From NCBI GenBank assembly GCA_003136185.1, contig PLDN01000024.1:1-50996 (forward strand): a stretch of DNA of 50,996 bases. Direction: 5' to 3'. The translations under genes and the position numbers were made by a program. The DNA comes from Acidimicrobiaceae bacterium (GTDB taxonomy: Bacteria; Actinomycetota; Acidimicrobiia; Acidimicrobiales; Bog-793). Below the pieces are notes generated by a model. The model searched no databases. It was not told the DNA's origin and saw only the letters and a program-made list of their open reading frames with translations. The first letter of the stretch is position 1; each line of letters begins with the position of its first letter. Shown piece by piece: positions 9,886 to 22,802 of the stretch.

Positions 9886-10757
9886 ACGGCGCTCGCCAGG
9901 AGGCGCCACTCGGCGAGCGGCAGCCGGTCCGGTTCGGCGGTCAGCACCTGGACCGCGACGTGGTCGGCGCCTGCGTCGAGGTGGGCGTGCAGGTGGGCGG
10001 TGACCTGTTCGGTCGAACCCCGGGCGACTACGGCGTCGACGAGGCGGTCACTGCCACCGTCGGCAAAATCCTCGTCGCTGTAGCCGAGGCGGGCCAGGTT
10101 CCCTCGGTAGTTGGCGAGCTCGAGGTAGGCGCCGAGGTGGGCACGGGCGACCCGGCGCGCCCGGTCGCGATCGCCCTCGAGCACGACGGCCACCTCTGGG
10201 CAGAGCAACTTGGTGGGCCCGAGCGCCTGGCGTGCCCCAGCGGTGTGCTCGGGTGGCACCAGGTAGGGATGGGCGCCGTCGGCCCGGGCGGCAGCGAGGG
10301 CGAGCATGCGCGGCCCGAGCGCACCGAGCACCCGCACCATCGTCGCCGGCGCCGGGGCGGGGCCCTGGTAGGGGGCGGTGTCCATGGCGTCGAGGTAGGA
10401 CGCCATGGCCTCGAGGGGCCGCTCGTAGCGGTGGCCCCGAGGCTCGACGAGGCGGTCGTGGCTCACGCCCAGGCCGAGGACAAACCGGCCGCCCCAGGCC
10501 TCGGCGAGGGTGCGCTGTCCGGCCGCCATCGCCATCGGGTCGCGGGCCCAGATGTTGGCGATGCCCGTCGCTATCACCAGCTGGGTGCTGGCCGACAGCA
10601 GCAATGACGCGTTGGCGAACGCCTCGCGCCGGGCGGCCTCGCCGACCCAGAGTGCCCCGAACCCGAGCGCCTCGATCTCGGCGACCGCATCGCGGACAGC
10701 ACCAGCGGGCTGTCGGTCAAGGGCGGAGGTCCACAGCCCGAACTGGCCCAGCTCCAC
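9873..10757 (-). CDS. LLM-class, probably F420-dependent oxidoreductase
   Basis: IATGIANIWAR, GRFVLGLGVSH, ALGPRMLALA, GAHPYLV, AGADHV. Confidence 0.88.
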   Translation of the reverse strand: MELGQFGLWTSALDRQPAGAVRDAVAEIEALGFGALWVGEAARREAFANASLLLSASTQLVIATGIANIWARDPMAMAAGQRTLAEAWGGRFVLGLGVSHDRLVEPRGHRYERPLEAMASYLDAMDTAPYQGPAPAPATMVRVLGALGPRMLALAAARADGAHPYLVPPEHTAGARQALGPTKLLCPEVAVVLEGDRDRARRVARAHLGAYLELANYRGNLARLGYSDEDFADGGSDRLVDAVVARGSTEQVTAHLHAHLDAGADHVAVQVLTAEPDRLPLAEWRLLASAVHGR

Positions 10758-10766
10758 CTGGCGGGC

Positions 10767-13646
<2,880 letters not shown>

Positions 13647-13687
13647 GGCGTCCTGCGTGTTGGGCCGCCAGCCGCCGCCGGTCACGG

Positions 13688-16060
13688 CTACTCGCTCCCC
13701 GACTGAGCAGGCACCGACGGCCCCGTCGACGCCGGCACGGTCGTGGGAAGGCTGCCGTCCAGCTCGGCGCGCAGCGTCCGGGCGGCGGCCACCATGTGGG
13801 CGAGGGCGGCGGTCACCTCGTCGTAGCGGCGGGTCTTGAGCCCGCAGTCGGGGTTGACCCACAGGCGGTCAGCCCCGACGTCACCGAGCGCGCGTCGGAG
13901 CAGGGTCTCGAGCTCGGCCGCGGCCGGCACCAACGGCGAGTGGACGTCGTAGACTCCCGGGCCGACCCCACCTCGGTAGCGGACGTGGCGGAGGTCGCCG
14001 AGGAGGGCCAGGTGCGACCGCGAAGCCTCGAAGGACACCACGTCCACCTCCAGATCCTCCAGCACGTCGACGACATCGGCAAGCTCGGCGTAGCACATGT
14101 GGGTGTGGACCTGGGTGGCCACAGCCGCCGCCTGCGTGGCGAGCCGGAAGGCCCTCGTAGCCCAGGCCAGGTACCCGAGGCGTTCGGCGACCCGCAGCGG
14201 CATCCCCTCTCGCAGGGCCGGTTCGTCGACCTGGATGATGGCGGTGCCGGCGGCCTGGAGGTCCGTGAGCTCGTCGCCGATGGCCAGGCCGAGCTGGGCG
14301 GCGGTGTCGGCCTCGGGCTGGTCGTCGCGTACGAACGACCAGCACAGCATCGTCACCGGCCCGGTCAGCATGCCCTTGACCGGCTTGGTGGTCCGGGACT
14401 GCGCGTAGCGGGCCCATTCCAGCGTGATGGGAGTGGGGCGGGAGACGTCGCCGTAGAGGATCGGGGGTCGCACGCAGCGCGACCCGTAGGACTGCACCCA
14501 ACCGGTCTCGGGCAAGACGAACCCGCCGAGCTGGGCGGCGAAATAGCGGACCATGTCGTCACGCTCGGGCTCGCCATGGACGACCACGTCGAGGCCAAGC
14601 TCCTCTTGGAGCGCGACGACCCGGTCGATCTCCGCACACAAGGCGGCCCGGTAGTCCTCGCCGCCGGTCCGCCCCGCCCGCCACGACGCCCGCACAGCGC
14701 GCAGCTCGGGGGTCTGGGGGAACGAGCCGATGCTGGTCGTGGGAAGCGGCGGGAGACCGAGCCGGGCCCGCTGGGCATCCGCCCGTGCGCCGAGCGGTGC
14801 CGAACGGCGGGGGTCCGCCGGAGCAGCAGAGGTCGCCCGGCGCACGGCGGGGTCGGTGACTTTCGGGGAGCTGCGCCGGGCGGCGAGCGCAGCCCGGTTC
14901 GCCTCGAGGGCGTCGGCGACCGCGGCCCGGCCCTGTTCTGCGCCTTTGGCGAGGGCGGACAGCTCGGCAAGCTTCTCCTCGGCGAAGGCCAGCCACGGGC
15001 GGATGTCGGGGTCAAGAGTGGTCTCGGGGACGAGGCTGGCGGGGACGTGGAGGAACGAGCAGGAGCTGGAGGCGACGACTTCGCCGCATAGGTCGCCCAC
15101 GCGGTCGAGGAGGTCCAAGGAGGCGTCGAGGTCGTTCGCCCATACGTTGCGCCCGTCCACGACCCCGGCGAACAGCGCCCGCGCACCGAGACCACCGGCC
15201 TCCTCCAACAGGGCGAGGTTCTCCTGGCCCCGGCAGAAGTCCAGGCCAACGCCCTCGACCGGCAGGTCGCAAAGCACCCCCATGGCGTCCCCGGCGTGGC
15301 CGAAATAGGTGGACACCGTGACCTTCGGGCGCCGGGGGGACTCGCCGAGACGGCGGTAGGCGCGACGCAAGGCGGCGAGCTCATCGGTGGTCCGATCCTC
15401 GACCAGGGCCGGCTCGTCCAAGCGCACCCAGGAGGCGCCCGCGTCTTCGAGCTCGGCGAGCAGGTCGGCGTAGGCGTCTGCGAGCGGGTCGAGGAGGGAC
15501 AGCGGGTCGGTACCGGCGGCGTGGGCGCTGCGCAGCAGGAAGGTGAGCGGTCCGAGCAGCACCGGGGTGGTCGAGATCCCGAGGTGGGCAGCCTCGACCA
15601 GCTCGCCGGCTGCCTTGGTGGCGTCGGATGCGAAGGTGGTCTCGGGGGCGATCTCGGGCACGAGCTGGTGGTAGTTGGTGTCGAACCACTTGGTGAGCTC
15701 GAGCGGCGCCACCGCGGCGCCGTCCACCTCCCCTCCTCGCGCCATGGCAAAGTAGCCGGCCGGGTCGACCTGGCCGGCGTCGCCGCGGTTGTCGCCGTCG
15801 CCGGCGAGCCGGGCAAAGCGCCGCGGGACGGCGCTGACGGCCACGGCCGCGTCGAGCACGTGGTCGTAGAGCGAGAAGTCGTTGGACGGCATGAAGTTGA
15901 TCCCGGCGGCGGACAGGGTCTCCCAGTTGTGGCGGCGGATGCCCGCGGCGGTCGCTTCGAGCTCGCCAGCGGGCGATCGGCCCGCCCAGTAAGCCTCGAG
16001 CGCCCACTTGAGCTCCCGCTTGGGACCGATCCGGCCCATGCCGTGCACGGCCGTCCTCAT
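13688..16060 (-). CDS. metE: Cobalamin-independent methionine synthase
   Basis: RIGPKRELKWALE, TKWFDTNYH, TSIGSFPQT, WVQSYGSRCVRPP, KGMLTGPVT, HTHMCY, WVNPDCGLKTR. The ATG overlaps the alkA stop. Confidence 0.97.
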   Translation of the reverse strand: MRTAVHGMGRIGPKRELKWALEAYWAGRSPAGELEATAAGIRRHNWETLSAAGINFMPSNDFSLYDHVLDAAVAVSAVPRRFARLAGDGDNRGDAGQVDPAGYFAMARGGEVDGAAVAPLELTKWFDTNYHQLVPEIAPETTFASDATKAAGELVEAAHLGISTTPVLLGPLTFLLRSAHAAGTDPLSLLDPLADAYADLLAELEDAGASWVRLDEPALVEDRTTDELAALRRAYRRLGESPRRPKVTVSTYFGHAGDAMGVLCDLPVEGVGLDFCRGQENLALLEEAGGLGARALFAGVVDGRNVWANDLDASLDLLDRVGDLCGEVVASSSCSFLHVPASLVPETTLDPDIRPWLAFAEEKLAELSALAKGAEQGRAAVADALEANRAALAARRSSPKVTDPAVRRATSAAPADPRRSAPLGARADAQRARLGLPPLPTTSIGSFPQTPELRAVRASWRAGRTGGEDYRAALCAEIDRVVALQEELGLDVVVHGEPERDDMVRYFAAQLGGFVLPETGWVQSYGSRCVRPPILYGDVSRPTPITLEWARYAQSRTTKPVKGMLTGPVTMLCWSFVRDDQPEADTAAQLGLAIGDELTDLQAAGTAIIQVDEPALREGMPLRVAERLGYLAWATRAFRLATQAAAVATQVHTHMCYAELADVVDVLEDLEVDVVSFEASRSHLALLGDLRHVRYRGGVGPGVYDVHSPLVPAAAELETLLRRALGDVGADRLWVNPDCGLKTRRYDEVTAALAHMVAAARTLRAELDGSLPTTVPASTGPSVPAQSGSE

Positions 16061-17085
16061 GCGACCTCCCCACACCGGTGCCGCCCCACGGGCGCAGACG
16101 ACGGCTCGCGTGCCCGCTCGGGCTCGCCGTCATCGGCCAGCTCCCAGCCATCGCCCAGCTTCCCGGCGCGGTCGAGACCGTCGAGCAGGAGGTGGAAGTA
16201 CACGATCCCGCCGTAGGGCGACCAGGATCTGGACAGGTCGGCCACGTCGTCGTACCCGGCGTCGGCTGCGAGCCCGAAACGGCGGCGGAGGTTGTTGCGG
16301 GCGCCGACGTCGTCGCCGGGGAGCACGTGCCAGCGGCCGAGCCCCCGCAACAGGGTGTACTCGGCGCTCCACCGCCCGATCCCGGGAAGCTCGGCGAGGG
16401 CGGCGACGGCAGCCTTGTCGTCGAGGTCTTCCAACCCGACGAGGTCGACATCGCCGCTCGCCACCCGGCGGGCAAGCAGCGTAAGGGTTCGGGCCTTGGC
16501 GTGGGAGAACCCCAGGATCCGCAGATGGGGCGGGTCCGCCCCGGCCAGGGACTCGGGTGTCGGGAACCCGGCCGGCGCGTTCATTCGTCCTGGAAGGGTC
16601 GGGCCGTAGCAGCGGGCGAGCCGGGTGAGGAGGTGGATCCCGACGGTGAGCGACAGCTGCTGGCAGGCCACGGCGTTGACCAGCGCCTCGAACACGCTCG
16701 GCAGGCGCGGCGGGCGCATGCCGACGAACCGGTGGGCGAGCGGGACGAGGCGGCGGTCGCGCTCGACAAGGGAATAGAACCCCGAAAGGTCCACCCCGAG
16801 CCCCAGCGTCTGTTCCAGGAGGTGGCGAGCCTCGGTGAGCTCGGCGTCGTCCGGCGCACTGCCGGCGGCGCGCACCTCGACCACCAGCACGGAGCGAGCC
16901 CGGCCGTCGTCGGGTTCCTGGCGGACGGCAAGGCCGACCGGTCGGCCGCCCAGGACGACGGTGCGGCGATACCAGGTGCCGTCCCAGGTGTCGATGGCGT
17001 TGTGCGCCCGGCGGCGCAGCGCCCACACGGTGAGGCCGAGGCAGAACGGGGAGGACACCTCGAGCTCGAAGCGGGAAACTCCCAT
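16057..17085 (-). CDS. alkA: DNA-3-methyladenine glycosylase II (AlkA family, HhH-GPD)
   Basis: FEALVNAVACQQLS, FPTPE, LPGIGRWSAEY (HhH), LPGDD, WSPY. Confidence 0.88.
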   Translation of the reverse strand: MGVSRFELEVSSPFCLGLTVWALRRRAHNAIDTWDGTWYRRTVVLGGRPVGLAVRQEPDDGRARSVLVVEVRAAGSAPDDAELTEARHLLEQTLGLGVDLSGFYSLVERDRRLVPLAHRFVGMRPPRLPSVFEALVNAVACQQLSLTVGIHLLTRLARCYGPTLPGRMNAPAGFPTPESLAGADPPHLRILGFSHAKARTLTLLARRVASGDVDLVGLEDLDDKAAVAALAELPGIGRWSAEYTLLRGLGRWHVLPGDDVGARNNLRRRFGLAADAGYDDVADLSRSWSPYGGIVYFHLLLDGLDRAGKLGDGWELADDGEPERAREPSSAPVGRHRCGEVA

Positions 17086-17091
17086 ACAGCG

Positions 17092-17538
17092 CTAGCTCCC
17101 CTCGGACCTGATGACGGTGGACCCGGTGACCTTGGACCGGGTGACCTTTGACCCGGCGACCACGTCACAGAGCACGGCTGCGCCGGAGCGCTCGACGTCG
17201 CGCGTCGCGGTGAGGAGCACGAGGCGCCGGGTGGCGGCCAGGCCTCGCAGGCGGTCCACCTCCGACGCGTCCGGCGGCGAGGCCAGCTCGGCCCGGTAGC
17301 GGCGGGCGAACTCGGCGAAGCGCTGCGGGTCGTGGCCGTACCAGCGGCGTAGCTCGGCGCTCGGGGCGGCGTCCTTCGCCCACTCGTCGTAGTCGATGGC
17401 GGCCTTCTTCACCCCACGGGGCCACAGGCGATCGACGAGCACGCGGTGCTCGCCCGGCGCACGACCCGGGTCCTCGTACACCCGGACCACCTCGACTGGG
17501 GACTTCTTGCCCCGCGGCTTCGCCACGGCGCTGCTCAC
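17092..17538 (-). CDS. DUF488 family protein, YeaO-like
   Basis: VRVYE..RVLVDRLWPRGVKK..WAKDAAPSAELRRWYGHDP..F..RYRAEL. The GTG overlaps the upstream stop. Confidence 0.9.
   Translation of the reverse strand: MSSAVAKPRGKKSPVEVVRVYEDPGRAPGEHRVLVDRLWPRGVKKAAIDYDEWAKDAAPSAELRRWYGHDPQRFAEFARRYRAELASPPDASEVDRLRGLAATRRLVLLTATRDVERSGAAVLCDVVAGSKVTRSKVTGSTVIRSEGS
17104..17163. repeat. Imperfect 15-bp tandem repeat, 4 copies, in the DUF488 gene tail
   Basis: ggacctgatgacggt / ggacccggtgacctt / ggaccgggtgacctt / tgacccggcgaccac; encodes ..GSKVTRSKVTGSTVIRS. Confidence 0.7.
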
Positions 17539-17921
17539 CGGCTCCGGAAGCCCAGCACCCCGGCAGCGGCGTCGCACATCATGGCCGGGCTCCACGGCGG
17601 GTCCCATACGACCCGCACGTCTACCCCGCCGCCGCCGTGCAGCGCGTCGGCGACGGCCGCACGGGCCATCTCGGGGAGGCTCTCCGACGCCGGACATCCC
17701 GGCGTCGTAAGCGTCATCTCGATCACCACGGTGCCGGCCTCCTCCCGCACGTCATAGACGAGGCCGAGCGACACGACGTCGATGCACAGCTCGGGGTCGT
17801 AGACAGAACCGAGCGCGCTCCACGCGGCGTCCAGCGGGTCGTCCGGCGTGAGGCGGACTCGGGTCGGACCGATGGTCAGGGGCGCCGCGGGTGGCGTCGC
17901 CCGGCGACCGAGGCGGCTCAT
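17535..17921 (-). CDS. DUF59 / SufT-like metal-sulfur cluster assembly factor
   Basis: VYDPELCIDVVSLGLVYDV..MTLTTPGCP..VWDPPWSP. Confidence 0.9.
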   Translation of the reverse strand: MSRLGRRATPPAAPLTIGPTRVRLTPDDPLDAAWSALGSVYDPELCIDVVSLGLVYDVREEAGTVVIEMTLTTPGCPASESLPEMARAAVADALHGGGGVDVRVVWDPPWSPAMMCDAAAGVLGFRSR

Positions 17922-18139
17922 GACGGCTGCCGGAACGTGACCTGCCAGTCGCCTCCGCCGAGATCGACGGGCTCGTAGGAAAAGCCCTGCGAGGACAGGA
18001 CCCCTTCCAAGGGGACCGGCTCGAAGGGCGCCAGCACGACGAGCTCCTCGCCGTCTGCGAGCGAGGCCGCCGTCGCCATGATCATCTCGAACGGCTCGCC
18101 GCCCGACGCGATAATCGGTCGCGCATCGAACGTCGCCAT
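17918..18139 (-). CDS. DUF2249 domain protein
   Basis: FDARPIIASGGEPFEMIM..L..GEELVVLAPFEPVPL..L..QGF..W.V.F; RBS AGGAGG. Confidence 0.85.
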   Translation of the reverse strand: MATFDARPIIASGGEPFEMIMATAASLADGEELVVLAPFEPVPLEGVLSSQGFSYEPVDLGGGDWQVTFRQPS

Positions 18140-18184
18140 CGTCACCTCCTATCACGCACGGGGCCTTCCCCGACCGGCTGCTAG

Positions 18185-18208
18185 TTTTTCTGTCTGATGC
18201 TAGAAGTA
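18185..18208. promoter_or_regulatory. Palindromic operator copy 3 (TCTGT-CTGATG-CTAGA-AGTA)
   Basis: Core at 18189-18204, between the divergent DUF2249 operon and cbiD. Confidence 0.68.
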
Positions 18209-18273
18209 GAAGTTAGCATGCGTGCGGTCCGAGGGCGTCAGGTGGCACAACTGCCCCCGCGCCGAGCCTGGTC

Positions 18274-19391
18274 GTGGCCGGCGAAGGCCCGGTGAGCGCG
18301 GCGGCCACACCCCACGAGCCCGAGCTGAGTCCCGAGGTGGCCCGTCGCCGGGGGCTGCGCACCGGATGGACCACCGGCACTTGTGCCTCTGCGGCAGCCA
18401 AGGCCGCGTTCAGCGCGCTGTGGACCGGGCGGCGGCCGAACCTCGTCGAGGTCGACCTGCCCGGGGGACGACGGGTGCGCTTTCCCGTCGAGTGGGACGC
18501 CCAGGACCGGGCGGTCGTCGTCAAGGACGCCGGCGACGATCCCGACTGCACCCAGGGGGCCCGGATGACTGCCGAGGTCCGCTGGGCCGACGGCGGTGCC
18601 GGCGCCACGTTGGTGGCCGGGCTAGGGGGGAGGATCACCAAGCCGGGGCTCGGCCTGGCCGTCGGCGCCCCGGCCATTAACCCGGTGCCGAGGCGCATGA
18701 TCCTCGCCGCGCTCGGCGAGGTAGGCCCCGAGCCAGTAGTGGTGACCTTCTCGGTCCCCGGTGGAGAGGCGATGGCGGCCGAGACGACCAGTGCGCGGCT
18801 CGGGATCCTCGGCGGCATCTCCATCCTCGGCACCTCCGGGGTGGTGCGACCGTTCTCGACCGCCTCCTACCGGGCGTCGGTCGTCCAGCAGATCGACGTG
18901 GCCGCCGCCCAAGGGGAACGGACCGTCGTGCTGGCGACCGGGGCACGCTCGGAAACAGCCGGCGCCCGGCTCTACCCGCACCTCGACCCGGTGTGCTTGG
19001 TCGAGGTGGGCGACTTCACCGGGGCGCCTTGCGACGCTGCGCACGCGCCGGCATGGACCGGGTGATCTTCGTCGGCATGGCCGGCAAGCTGACCAAGCTC
19101 GCCGCCGGGGTCATGATGACCCACTTTCACCGCTCCGACGTCGACACCGCCCTCCTCGCCGCCCTCGCCAGAGAGGTGGGAGCGCCGGCGGCGGTGGTCG
19201 AAGCGGCCACGGCCACGGCAACCGCCCGGCACTTCTTCGACGTGTGCACGACCGAGAGGTGCTTGGCGCCGCTCGCCCTGTTGTGCGAGCGAGCCCACGC
19301 CGCTTGCTTGGCCTACGCCGGGGCAGGCTTTGCCCTCGAAGTAGTCTTGGTCGACTACGAGGGCATCATGGCCCTCTGCCGCGCCGGGTGA
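18274..19391 (+). pseudogene. cbiD: Cobalt-precorrin-5B C1-methyltransferase, frameshifted near 19025
   Basis: LRTGWTTGTCASAAAKAA, VVKDAGDDPD, AINPVPRRMI, RLGILGGISILGTSGVVRPFS, then GMAGKLTKLAAGVMMTH in the next frame. Confidence 0.88.
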
Positions 19392-19415
19392 ACTGCCGGC
19401 GGACCGGTTCCCGTG

Positions 19416-19439
19416 AATATCTAGCCAAAGCTAGAGATA
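19416..19439. promoter_or_regulatory. Palindromic operator copy 4 (AATA-TCTAG-CCAAAG-CTAGA-GATA)
   Basis: Perfect core at 19420-19435, just upstream of the reductase gene. Confidence 0.8.
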
Positions 19440-19450
19440 CAGTAGGTGTC

Positions 19451-20248
19451 GTGCACAGCGTTTATTCTGGCCGAGGTTCGAGCACCGCGACCCGTTCGGG
19501 TGGCGACGCCGGTACCCCGGCCAAGGTGGCCCCCCAATGGCAGGAGGCGGCCGTGGTAGAGGTCATCGACGAGGCTCCCGACGCCGTCACCCTGCGGCTG
19601 CAGCTGGCCGAGGACAGCGGCTTCCTCGCCGGCCAGTACTACAACGTCCGGCTCGGCGTGCCTGGGCGCCCGCCGCCCGTCCAGCGCGCCTACTCGGTCG
19701 GCTCCTCTCCGCTTCCCGATCCGTCGGTCATCGACTTGGGGGTGCGGGCCGTGCCCGGCGGGCTGGTCTCCCCTCGCCTGGTGCGCGACCTCTCTGCCGG
19801 ACAGCACCTCTGCGTCCGCGGCCCGTACGGGCGGTTCACCTGGAGCGACGACGACCCCGGCGCGGTCTTGCTCGTCGGGGCCGGCAGCGGGTTGGTGCCG
19901 CTCATGTCCATGCTCCGCTACGCCGTGGTGAGCGGCCGAACAGAGCCGGTATGGCTGGTGTGCTCGGCGACCACCTTCGACCACGCCTTCTATCGAGACG
20001 AGCTGGCGCGACTTGCGGCGAGTGAGCCGTGGCTGGGTGTCACGCACTGCGTCACCCGGGACTCGACCGAGCCTCGCGCCACCTACCACCGCCGGATCGA
20101 CCGGGAAGTCCTGGCCGAGGTGCTCGGCGGCGCGCTGCCCGCCCGGGCGTACCTGTGCGGTCCGCCCGCCATGGTCGACGCCGTCGCCGCTGCCCTTGGC
20201 GAGTTCGGCGTCGACCTCGGCGCCGTCTTCACGGAGAAGTACGACTGA
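19451..20248 (+). CDS. FAD/NAD(P)-binding ferredoxin reductase-like oxidoreductase (paralog of 5772-6554)
   Basis: AGQYY..VQRAYSVGS, GLVSP, GPYGRFTW, LVGAGSGLVPL, YLCGPPAMV, TEKY. Start approximate. Confidence 0.88.
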   Translation: MHSVYSGRGSSTATRSGGDAGTPAKVAPQWQEAAVVEVIDEAPDAVTLRLQLAEDSGFLAGQYYNVRLGVPGRPPPVQRAYSVGSSPLPDPSVIDLGVRAVPGGLVSPRLVRDLSAGQHLCVRGPYGRFTWSDDDPGAVLLVGAGSGLVPLMSMLRYAVVSGRTEPVWLVCSATTFDHAFYRDELARLAASEPWLGVTHCVTRDSTEPRATYHRRIDREVLAEVLGGALPARAYLCGPPAMVDAVAAALGEFGVDLGAVFTEKYD

Positions 20249-20304
20249 CCCATGACCTCTATGACCTGGCCGCTACCTGTCATCCGTCGGGCGAGAGCTG
20301 CACG

Positions 20305-20328
20305 TTGTTCTGCCAAGCACTAGACTAA
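20305..20328. promoter_or_regulatory. Palindromic operator copy 5 (TCTGC-CAAGCA-CTAGA)
   Basis: Core at 20309-20324, overlapping a TAGACT -10-like hexamer (20321-20326), upstream of ATG 20359. Confidence 0.7.
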
Positions 20329-20358
20329 TCAGGAGCGTTCTAGTGTGCAAGGAGGGAG

Positions 20359-20655
20359 ATGCCGGCTGAGACGCACCAGGTGGGACACGCCGTTGGGGCC
20401 GAGGATGTCTTCGAGTTGCTGTGCGTCTTGCTTGCCGACGACACCGACGAGGACCCGGCGACGGCCACCCTGTCGACCCTCGGGGTGGATGCCGAGGATC
20501 TGGGCGCGCTGTGGGACGCGGTGTGCGAGGAGTTCGCCGAGCGCAGTCTCGGTCCCGAGCTCGAACCGGACGTCCTCGACCCGTCCATGACCCTCGAAGC
20601 GGCGGCGCTGACCATGGCGGCCGTGCTGATGGCAGCGGCCAGCGATGGCTGCTGA
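20359..20655 (+). CDS. Small acidic protein resembling an acyl carrier protein but lacking the phosphopantetheine Ser
   Basis: ATLSTLGVDAEDLGALWDAVCEEF..SMTLEAAA resembles the ACP pattern LGxDSL..EEF..T; RBS AAGGAGGGAG. Confidence 0.55.
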   Translation: MPAETHQVGHAVGAEDVFELLCVLLADDTDEDPATATLSTLGVDAEDLGALWDAVCEEFAERSLGPELEPDVLDPSMTLEAAALTMAAVLMAAASDGC

Positions 20656-22030
20656 CGCCCGAGGCCTGACGCCTCCTGCACCCGGCGCCTGGGAGGGGCG
20701 GCCCGCCGGTGTGTCCGGTGCCGTCCCGCCACCGTCGGTGCCCCTCGCGTTCCTGGCCGCCGCGTCGTTCGGGCTGGTGGCCTGCGGTGGCGCGTGGCTG
20801 TGGGCCCGAGGCGCCGCGGCGATGGACCCGACGGCGGACCCGGTCGTGGCTGCCGTGCACTTCGGGGTGTTGGCGACGCTTTCGATGGGAGTGCTCGGCG
20901 CCATGCACCAGTTCACCCCGGTCATCACCGGCAGACCGCTGCGCTCGGTCCGCCTCGCCCGTGCCACCTTCGTCACCTGGCTGGCGGCCTCGTGGATGCT
21001 GCCCTTGGGGGTGGCCACCGAACAGCTTGTTGTGACTGCCATCAGCGGTGCGCTCGCCGGGCTGGCGGTCGTGCTGTTGGTAGTGAACTTCGTCGGGCCG
21101 CTCTCGGTGCGGGGCAAGGGCGCGCCGGTCAGCGCCCTGCGCTTCGCCCTGGCCGGCTCGGTGCTCACCGGGTTCCTCGGCGTCGTCTTCGTCGCCGACC
21201 GCCAAGGGAATTGGTTCGACCTCACCGGGCACGTCGACCTCGCGATGGGCGTGATCGGCCTGTTCGGCTGGCTCGGAATCACCTACATCGGCGTCGCCGA
21301 GAAGCTGTGGCCCATGTTCATGCTCGCCCACCTGCCGGGCCGTCACGTGGCGGGGCGTCTCGCCGTGTGGGGCGTCGCGTCGGGGGTGGCACTCTTCACC
21401 CCTGGGCTCGCATGGAACGTCCCGGGCCTCGCCTGGGCGGGGGCAGGGATCCTCACCGCTGGCCTCGCCGCCCACGTCGCCTCTCTGCTGGCCCATGTCC
21501 GCCATCGGCGCCGGAAGGCCGACTTGCACCTCGCCTTCGTGCTCACCGCAGCGGCGTGGCTGGCGGTCAGCGGTTGCCTCGCCCTGGCGGCTGCCCTGCA
21601 GGTGGCACACCATCACCACGCCGGCGTCGCCCTGGCGGCCGCGGCTATGGCAGCGTCCGGTGGCTGGTTGCTCGAGGCGCTCGTGGGCCATTCCCACAAG
21701 GTCGTGCCGTTCATCTTGTGGTCGGCGCTTCGCTCCAGAGGGATCGCCACCGGACCGGCGGGCAAGCCCCTCATGTTCGCCGACCTCTACGACCACACCT
21801 GGGCTGGCGTGGCTTACGTCACCGTCACGACCGGGATGGCGGCGCTGTGCGCAGGCCTCGGGGCGTCGACACCGGCGGCGACCGCAGCAGGTGGGGCCTT
21901 GCTGGCGGTGACCGGGATCGTGGTGGCCGCCAACCTGTCGGTCGTCCCGCTCCGCATGCTCAGTCGCCCCGCAGTCCACGCCGCCGTCGACGTGGCCGTC
22001 TCGGGCGGAGACGGGCTGGCAGCCTCATGA
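20645..22030 (+). CDS. Polytopic membrane protein with about 12 TM helices and three internal repeats (heme-copper oxidase subunit I / NnrS-like)
   Basis: Repeats [21 protein letters not shown] / [30 protein letters not shown] / [18 protein letters not shown]. Confidence 0.7.
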   Translation: MAADARGLTPPAPGAWEGRPAGVSGAVPPPSVPLAFLAAASFGLVACGGAWLWARGAAAMDPTADPVVAAVHFGVLATLSMGVLGAMHQFTPVITGRPLRSVRLARATFVTWLAASWMLPLGVATEQLVVTAISGALAGLAVVLLVVNFVGPLSVRGKGAPVSALRFALAGSVLTGFLGVVFVADRQGNWFDLTGHVDLAMGVIGLFGWLGITYIGVAEKLWPMFMLAHLPGRHVAGRLAVWGVASGVALFTPGLAWNVPGLAWAGAGILTAGLAAHVASLLAHVRHRRRKADLHLAFVLTAAAWLAVSGCLALAAALQVAHHHHAGVALAAAAMAASGGWLLEALVGHSHKVVPFILWSALRSRGIATGPAGKPLMFADLYDHTWAGVAYVTVTTGMAALCAGLGASTPAATAAGGALLAVTGIVVAANLSVVPLRMLSRPAVHAAVDVAVSGGDGLAAS

Positions 22031-22106
22031 CCGAGCACGTCGCATCGAGCGCTGGACCCCTCGTCGCGCCGCCGCCGTCGGGACCACCGACGACCGGGGA
22101 CGAGTC

Positions 22107-22802
22107 GTGCTGGTGAGCACACACGAGCAGATGCCGATTGCAGAGCAGGCGCTCGGCCGCCCGGCCGAGGCCATGGCGGAAGCAGCGCACCACTACGTGC
22201 TCGGCACGCCGCTCATCCCACCGTTCCCCGAGGCCCTCGAGCGAGCAGTGTTCGCCCTTGGGTGCTTTTGGCCCGCAGAGCGCCATTTCTGGGTGGTCGC
22301 CGGTGTCTGGACGACGGCGACCGGCTACACCGGCGGCGGCACGCCCAACCCGACCTACGAACAGGTCTGCTCCTCAAAGACCGGGCACGCCGAAGCGGTC
22401 CTCGTCGTCTTTGACCCGGCCGCGGTCAGCTACGAGGACCTGCTCAAGGTCTTCTGGGAGAGCGCGGACCCGACCCAGGGGATGGGCCAAGGCAACGATA
22501 TCGGCACCCAGTACCGCTCGGCGATCTACACGTGCTCGAAGACCCAGCGCTCGGCCGCCACGGCATCGCGTGACCGCTATGCGGCGGCGCTGAAGAAGGC
22601 CGGGCGCGGCGAAATCACCACCGAGATTATCGACGTCGGCGACTTCTACTACGCCGAGGAGTACCATCAGCAGTACCTGGCGAAGCACTCATACGCCGCC
22701 TGCGCTCTCGTCGGGACCGGAGTCCCCTTGTCCGGAGGGAGCGTCGCCCCAACGCCCTCGATCGATCTTGGCGCCCAACGCTCGACCACGGGACCGGCCT
22801 AG
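22107..22802 (+). CDS. msrA: Peptide methionine sulfoxide reductase A with divergent motifs
   Basis: GCFWPAE (usually GCFWG), [52 protein letters not shown]. Confidence 0.9.
   Translation: MLVSTHEQMPIAEQALGRPAEAMAEAAHHYVLGTPLIPPFPEALERAVFALGCFWPAERHFWVVAGVWTTATGYTGGGTPNPTYEQVCSSKTGHAEAVLVVFDPAAVSYEDLLKVFWESADPTQGMGQGNDIGTQYRSAIYTCSKTQRSAATASRDRYAAALKKAGRGEITTEIIDVGDFYYAEEYHQQYLAKHSYAACALVGTGVPLSGGSVAPTPSIDLGAQRSTTGPA

Noticed and set aside
18761-19450. Long N-terminal extension of the reductase ORF (495 aa)
   Set aside because: It is an alternative frame of cbiD running through the operator; reductase similarity starts only after about 19500.
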